Assembly (NCBI GenBank): GCA_963700395.1
Contig: CAVOXI010000008.1
Location: forward strand, 100,626 to 124,625
DNA: 24,000 nucleotides
Origin: an uncultured Actinomycetes bacterium
GTDB taxonomy: Bacteria > Actinomycetota > Actinomycetes > S36-B12 > CAIYMF01
Direction of reading: 5' to 3'
Shown: in pieces, positions 20,281 through 24,000 of the stretch
Numbering within the stretch: position 1 is the stretch's first letter
Layout of the letters: each line of letters opens with the position of its first letter
Position numbers and translations under genes: made by a program
The notes under the pieces: generated by a model
Database searches by the model: none
The model's input: only the letters and a program-made list of their open reading frames with translations
What the model was told of the DNA's origin: nothing

Positions 20281-21628
20281 ATGGTGGCCCACGCACTGGC
20301 AGGATGGCCCCTTGTGCTGGGTCAACGGGTGTTCGCGTGGGCCCGCCGGACCCCGTACCTGGCCGACCTCCCGCGTGACGTGGCGGTCCTGTCGTTCGTC
20401 GCCTTCGCCGTCGCCCTCGGGTACGGCATCGCAGCCCCGGCCCTGCCCGTGTACGCGCGGACGTTCGGCGTCTCGGCGTTCATGGCCTCCACGGTCATCT
20501 CGGGGTTCGCCCTCATGCGCCTGCTCAGCGCGGCTCCGTCGGGGATCATGGTCGACCGCTTCGGCGAGCGGCGGATCATGTCGATCGGGATCTGGGTGGT
20601 CGCCGGCTCCTCGCTGATGACCGCCCTGGCCCAGAGCTTCGGGCAGCTGCTGGTGCTGCGCGGTGTGGGTGGCATCGGGTCGGCGATGTTCACCGTCTCG
20701 GCGATGGCCCTGCTGCTGCGCACGGCGGGCCCGGCGCAGCGGGGGCGGGCCTCCGGGGCGTTCCAGGCCGGGTTCCTCTTCGGCGGGGTCACGGGCCCGG
20801 CGATCGGCGGAGCCGTCACCGGCATCTCGATCCGCGCCCCGTTCGTCGTCTACGGCATCACGCTGGTCGTGGCCGGGCTGCTCGCGGCGAAGTACCTGTC
20901 ACGTGCCCCCGCTGGGGGCACCCGTCGCGGCCGGTGCCCCGGGGCGCCCAGCCCTGACACGCACGGCCCTGAGGATCCGGGGGCCCCCGAGTCCTGCGCA
21001 CGCGACGCCCAAGGCTGCCCCGGCGTCGCTGACCGCCGCCCTGCGCAGCGCCGCCTACCGGGCCGCGCTCATGGTCAACCTGTCCAGCGGCTTCATCGTG
21101 TTCGGCCTGCGGATCTCGCTGGTCCCGCTGTTCGTCACCGAGGGGCTCAAGCACGGCGTCGGGCTGGTCGGGATCGGCTTCCTGTGCGCGGCCGCCGCCC
21201 AGGCGGTCATGCTGATCCCCGCCGGGCGGTGGACCGACCGATCCGGACGGCGCGGCTCGATGCTCGTGGGCACAGCCACCCTCACCGGTGCGATGCTCCT
21301 GCTCGCGCTGCAGACCGGCGCGGTCGGGTTCCTGCTGGCGATGGCAGCCTCGGGCCTCGCATCGGCGTTCCTGGCGCCCGCGTCGGCGGCCGTCGTCGGC
21401 GACCTCACCCGCGGCCTGTCCGGTGGCCGCGTGGTGTCGGCCTACCAGATGGTCGGCGACCTCGGCGGCATCCTGGGCCCGCTCATCGCAGGGGCCCTGG
21501 CCGACGCCGCCGGATTCCAGTGGGCCTTCGCCGCCGGGGTCGTGATCGGCCTGGTCGCGCTGGCGTTCGTCGTGGTGATGCCCGAGACGCTGCGCCGGGA
21601 GTCCCAGGAGTCCCCCTCAGGCGCGTGA
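20281..21628 (+). pseudogene. MFS transporter, frameshifted between the two six-TM halves
   Basis: Frame 1: DVAVLSFVAFAVALGYGIAAPALPVYARTFGVSAFMASTVISGFALMRLLSAAPSGIMVDRFGERRIMSIGIWVVAGSS...SGAFQAGFLFGGVTGPAIGGAVTGISIRAPFVVYGITLVVAGLLAAKYL. Frame 2: AALRSAAYRAALMVNLSSGFIVFGLRISLVPLFVTEGL...PAGRWTDRSGRRGSMLVG...VSAYQMVGDLGGILGPLIAGALADAAGFQWAFAAGVVIGLVALAFVVVMPETLRRE*. Confidence 0.8.
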
Positions 21629-21653
21629 GGCCGCCAGGCGCGACACTGTCGCC

Positions 21654-22603
21654 ATGCGACCACCGAGCACGGACTGGGCCGAGAGCATCAGCGACGACGA
21701 GCGCCGCCCGGCACGCGGCCTTCACCGACAGGATCGTGGCGCTGCAGGGCCGCATCAACGCGAAGCAGGGGCCGGGCAGGGCCTTCCACCGCAAGCAGGT
21801 GGCCGCCCTGTCGGGGACGCTCACCGTGGCAGCGGGGCTGCCCGAGTACGCGAGGCAGGGGTTGTTCGCCCGAGCCCGGCGAGTTCGAGGTGCTGGCCCG
21901 CATGTCCAACGGCTCGGTGACTGCCCAACCGGACCCGGTCCCGGACATCCGCGGGTTCGCCATCTCGGTGCGCGGCCTGGAGGCGCCCGGCGCCCTGGCG
22001 GCAACCACGGACCGGCAGGACTTCCTGCTCATCAACCGACCGGCGTTCGGCTTCCAGGACTCACGCGACTTCGCCGACATCGTCGCGGTGGCCCCCAAGG
22101 GGCAGAGGGCGATGCTGGCGCACCTGGTCGACAAGCACGGCGTGGTCCGCGGCCCCCTGGAGATGGCCAAGCAGGCCGCCGACCTCGCGCGACCGTTCAG
22201 CGGGTATGCCACCTCCGACTTCCACGCCTGCGCCCCGATCGCATGGGGGCCCTATGCCGCCCACGTGCACGTCACGCCGGTGGACGCCTCCCGGGACCTG
22301 CTCGCATGGCGTGACTGGGGCGCCGACGTGCGCGGCCGGGTCGCCCGGGGCCCGCTGCGCTGGACGGTTCAGGCCCAGTTCTACACCGATCCGGACTCCA
22401 CCCCGATCGAGGACGGCCGCCGGGCCTGGGATGCCCCCAAGGTCATCGTGGGCACCCTGGAGCTGACCCAGGTCGAGGACTCCCAGGCGGTGGAGGCCGA
22501 CCACTTCGACCCGTGGATGGCGATGGCCGACCACCGACCCCTGGGCGAGATCATGCGCGCCCGGAAGGCTGCCTACTTCGCGAGCTACCGGAACCGGTCG
22601 TGA
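21654..22603 (+). pseudogene. Catalase family protein (short heme-catalase-like), with at least two frame breaks
   Basis: AARHAAFTDRIVALQGRINAKQGPGRAFHRKQVAALSGTLTVAAGLPEYARQGLFA (frame 1), then PGEFEVLARMSNGSVTAQPDPVPDIRGFAISVRGLE...TTDRQDFLLINRPAFGFQDSRDFADIVA...YATSDFHACAPIAWGPYAAHVHVTP (frame 2, to stop at 22603). Confidence 0.75.
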
Positions 22604-22635
22604 GCCGGTTCCCCGCGCACAGCTAGTCTCCGTGC

Positions 22636-23334
22636 GTGGCTGACTCCCCCACGCCCCCCTCGCGCCGGCCCCTGACCGAGCTGGTCGCGCCCGACTGGGC
22701 GGCGGCCCTCGAGCCGCAGGCCGAGCGCATCAGCGCAATGGGCGACTTCCTGCGCGCCGAGCTGGCCGCCGGGCGCGGCTACCTGCCGGCCGGGCCGAAC
22801 GTGCTCCGCGCGTTCACCCGACCCATGTCCGAGGTCCGCGTGCTCATCGTCGGGCAGGACCCCTACCCCACTCCGGGGCACGCGGTCGGGCTCTCGTTCT
22901 GCGTGGCCCCGGACGTGCGCCCCGTCCCGCGGAGCCTGGCCAACATCTACCGCGAGCTGCACGACGACCTCGGCTGCCCCCGCCCTGCCTCCGGTGACCT
23001 GACTCCGTGGGCGGACCAGGGCGTCCTGCTGCTCAACAGGGTGCTGACCGTGACCCCGGGCAGCTCCGGATCGCACCGCGGCAAGGGCTGGGAGGAGATC
23101 ACCGAGGCCGCCATCCGGGCCCTCGTGGCGCGTGGGGGGCCGCTGGTCGCGATCCTGTGGGGCCGCGACGCCCAGGGCCTGACCCCGATGCTCGGCGACA
23201 CGCCCAGGATCGCCTCGGCCCATCCCAGCCCGATGTCCGCCGACCGGGGGTTCTTCGGCTCCCGCCCGTTCAGCCGCGCCAACGCCGCGCTGGTGGCCCA
23301 GGGGGCAGCCCCGATCGACTGGTGCCTGCCCTGA
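22636..23334 (+). CDS. ung: Uracil-DNA glycosylase
   Basis: [47 protein letters not shown]...[36 protein letters not shown]...[10 protein letters not shown]...[27 protein letters not shown]. Confidence 0.95.
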   Translation: MADSPTPPSRRPLTELVAPDWAAALEPQAERISAMGDFLRAELAAGRGYLPAGPNVLRAFTRPMSEVRVLIVGQDPYPTPGHAVGLSFCVAPDVRPVPRSLANIYRELHDDLGCPRPASGDLTPWADQGVLLLNRVLTVTPGSSGSHRGKGWEEITEAAIRALVARGGPLVAILWGRDAQGLTPMLGDTPRIASAHPSPMSADRGFFGSRPFSRANAALVAQGAAPIDWCLP

Positions 23335-23337
23335 GGA

Positions 23338-24000
23338 TCAGCCGTCGGGCGTCCCGGCGGAGACGAGCTGCTCGGCCAGCGCACGTGCCACCGCCGGTCG
23401 GCCCGCGAGCTCCAGCAGGCCGATGGGCGCCAGCAGGTACTGCCGGTCGATGAGCACCCGGGCCCGCTCGGGCAGCCGCCATCCGCCCGCGTAGTCGGTC
23501 AGGACCGCGTCCAGGACGCCGCGGGCGGCGCCCGGATCGGCGTGCCTCAGGACGCCGCCGGACCCGATCAGCAACCCGACGTGGGTCAGGTCCCGGGACC
23601 CCTCGGCACCCGGGCGGGCGTGCCGGCGGGCCGCGATGACGCCTGCGAGCCGCGCCAGCGCGAGCTCGTCGGCCCGCTCAGCCCGGGTGCCCGGCAGGAA
23701 GCCCACGTCTGCGCGACGGCGCTCGGCGGCGAGCGCCAGCAGCTCGGCCGGGCCCTCCTCACCGCCGGCAGCAGGCTCGAGCAGCCGCTCGGCCAGCGCG
23801 GCGGCGACGACGTCCTGGGCGCTCCAGCGCATCCCCAGGTCGCCCTCCACCGAGCGCCCGTGCCACAGCGTCTCGACCGCCTCATCGGGGGCCTGGTCAT
23901 CGGGGTTCAGGACGCTGTAGACGTCGGTCGTCGCCCCGCCGATGTCCAGCGCCATCACGTCCCCGCTGGCCCCGGGCTGCCCCGCCAGGACGTCGGCGAC
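23338..24000 (-). CDS. MutL-family ATPase (glutamate mutase MutL / methylaspartate mutase reactivation-like), 5' end off right edge
   Basis: Open frame to the edge: VADVLAGQPGASGDVMALDIGGATTDVYSVLNPDD...EAVETLWHGRSVEGDLGMRWSAQDV...THVGLLIGSGGVLRHADPGAARGVLDAVLTDY...LIDRQYLLAPIGLLELAGRPAVARALAEQL. ASKHA phosphate motif DIGGATTDV. Confidence 0.82.
   Translation of the reverse strand, partial: VADVLAGQPGASGDVMALDIGGATTDVYSVLNPDDQAPDEAVETLWHGRSVEGDLGMRWSAQDVVAAALAERLLEPAAGGEEGPAELLALAAERRRADVGFLPGTRAERADELALARLAGVIAARRHARPGAEGSRDLTHVGLLIGSGGVLRHADPGAARGVLDAVLTDYAGGWRLPERARVLIDRQYLLAPIGLLELAGRPAVARALAEQLVSAGTPDG

Noticed and set aside
19150-22314. 1054-aa plus-strand ORF
   Set aside because: A chimera of antisense-ilvA shadow sequence, the first half of MFS2, a frameshifted region and part of the catalase gene. 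It is a product of high GC and frame breaks, not a giant protein.

Overview
This is a roughly 70% GC window from an Actinomycetota (probably Propionibacteriales/Micrococcales-like) chromosome. It is dense with housekeeping genes. In order: ychF (-, 3' end just off the left edge), a DUF222/13E12-type HNH nuclease (+), rmuC (+), a small membrane protein (+), ispH (-), xseA-xseB (+), a DUF4245-type lipoprotein (-), class I fumarase (+), a secreted peptidoglycan-binding/lytic-transglycosylase protein (-), PhoH-like (-), isoprenyl transferase (-), hemolysin III (-), exonuclease III (-), a broken MFS transporter (+), a DUF1707/LiaF-like protein (-, broken), DUF3817 (-), SURF1 (-), DUF4307 (+), greA (+), threonine ammonia-lyase (-), a second MFS transporter (+, broken), a catalase-family protein (+, broken), ung (+), and a MutL/glutamate-mutase-reactivation-like ATPase (-, runs off the right edge). 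I found no tRNA, rRNA, CRISPR array, transposon or convincing new defence or biosynthetic system. The best observations are: (1) a perfect 16-bp LexA/SOS-box palindrome just upstream of the DUF222-HNH gene; (2) two CRP/GlxR-like palindromes with centres exactly 42 bp apart upstream of the Rpf/transglycosylase-like cell-wall gene; (3) many single-frame breaks across otherwise well-preserved genes, which look more like indel noise than real decay; (4) candidate leaderless promoters for ychF and fumarase. Many very long antisense ORFs in the track are high-GC shadow ORFs.
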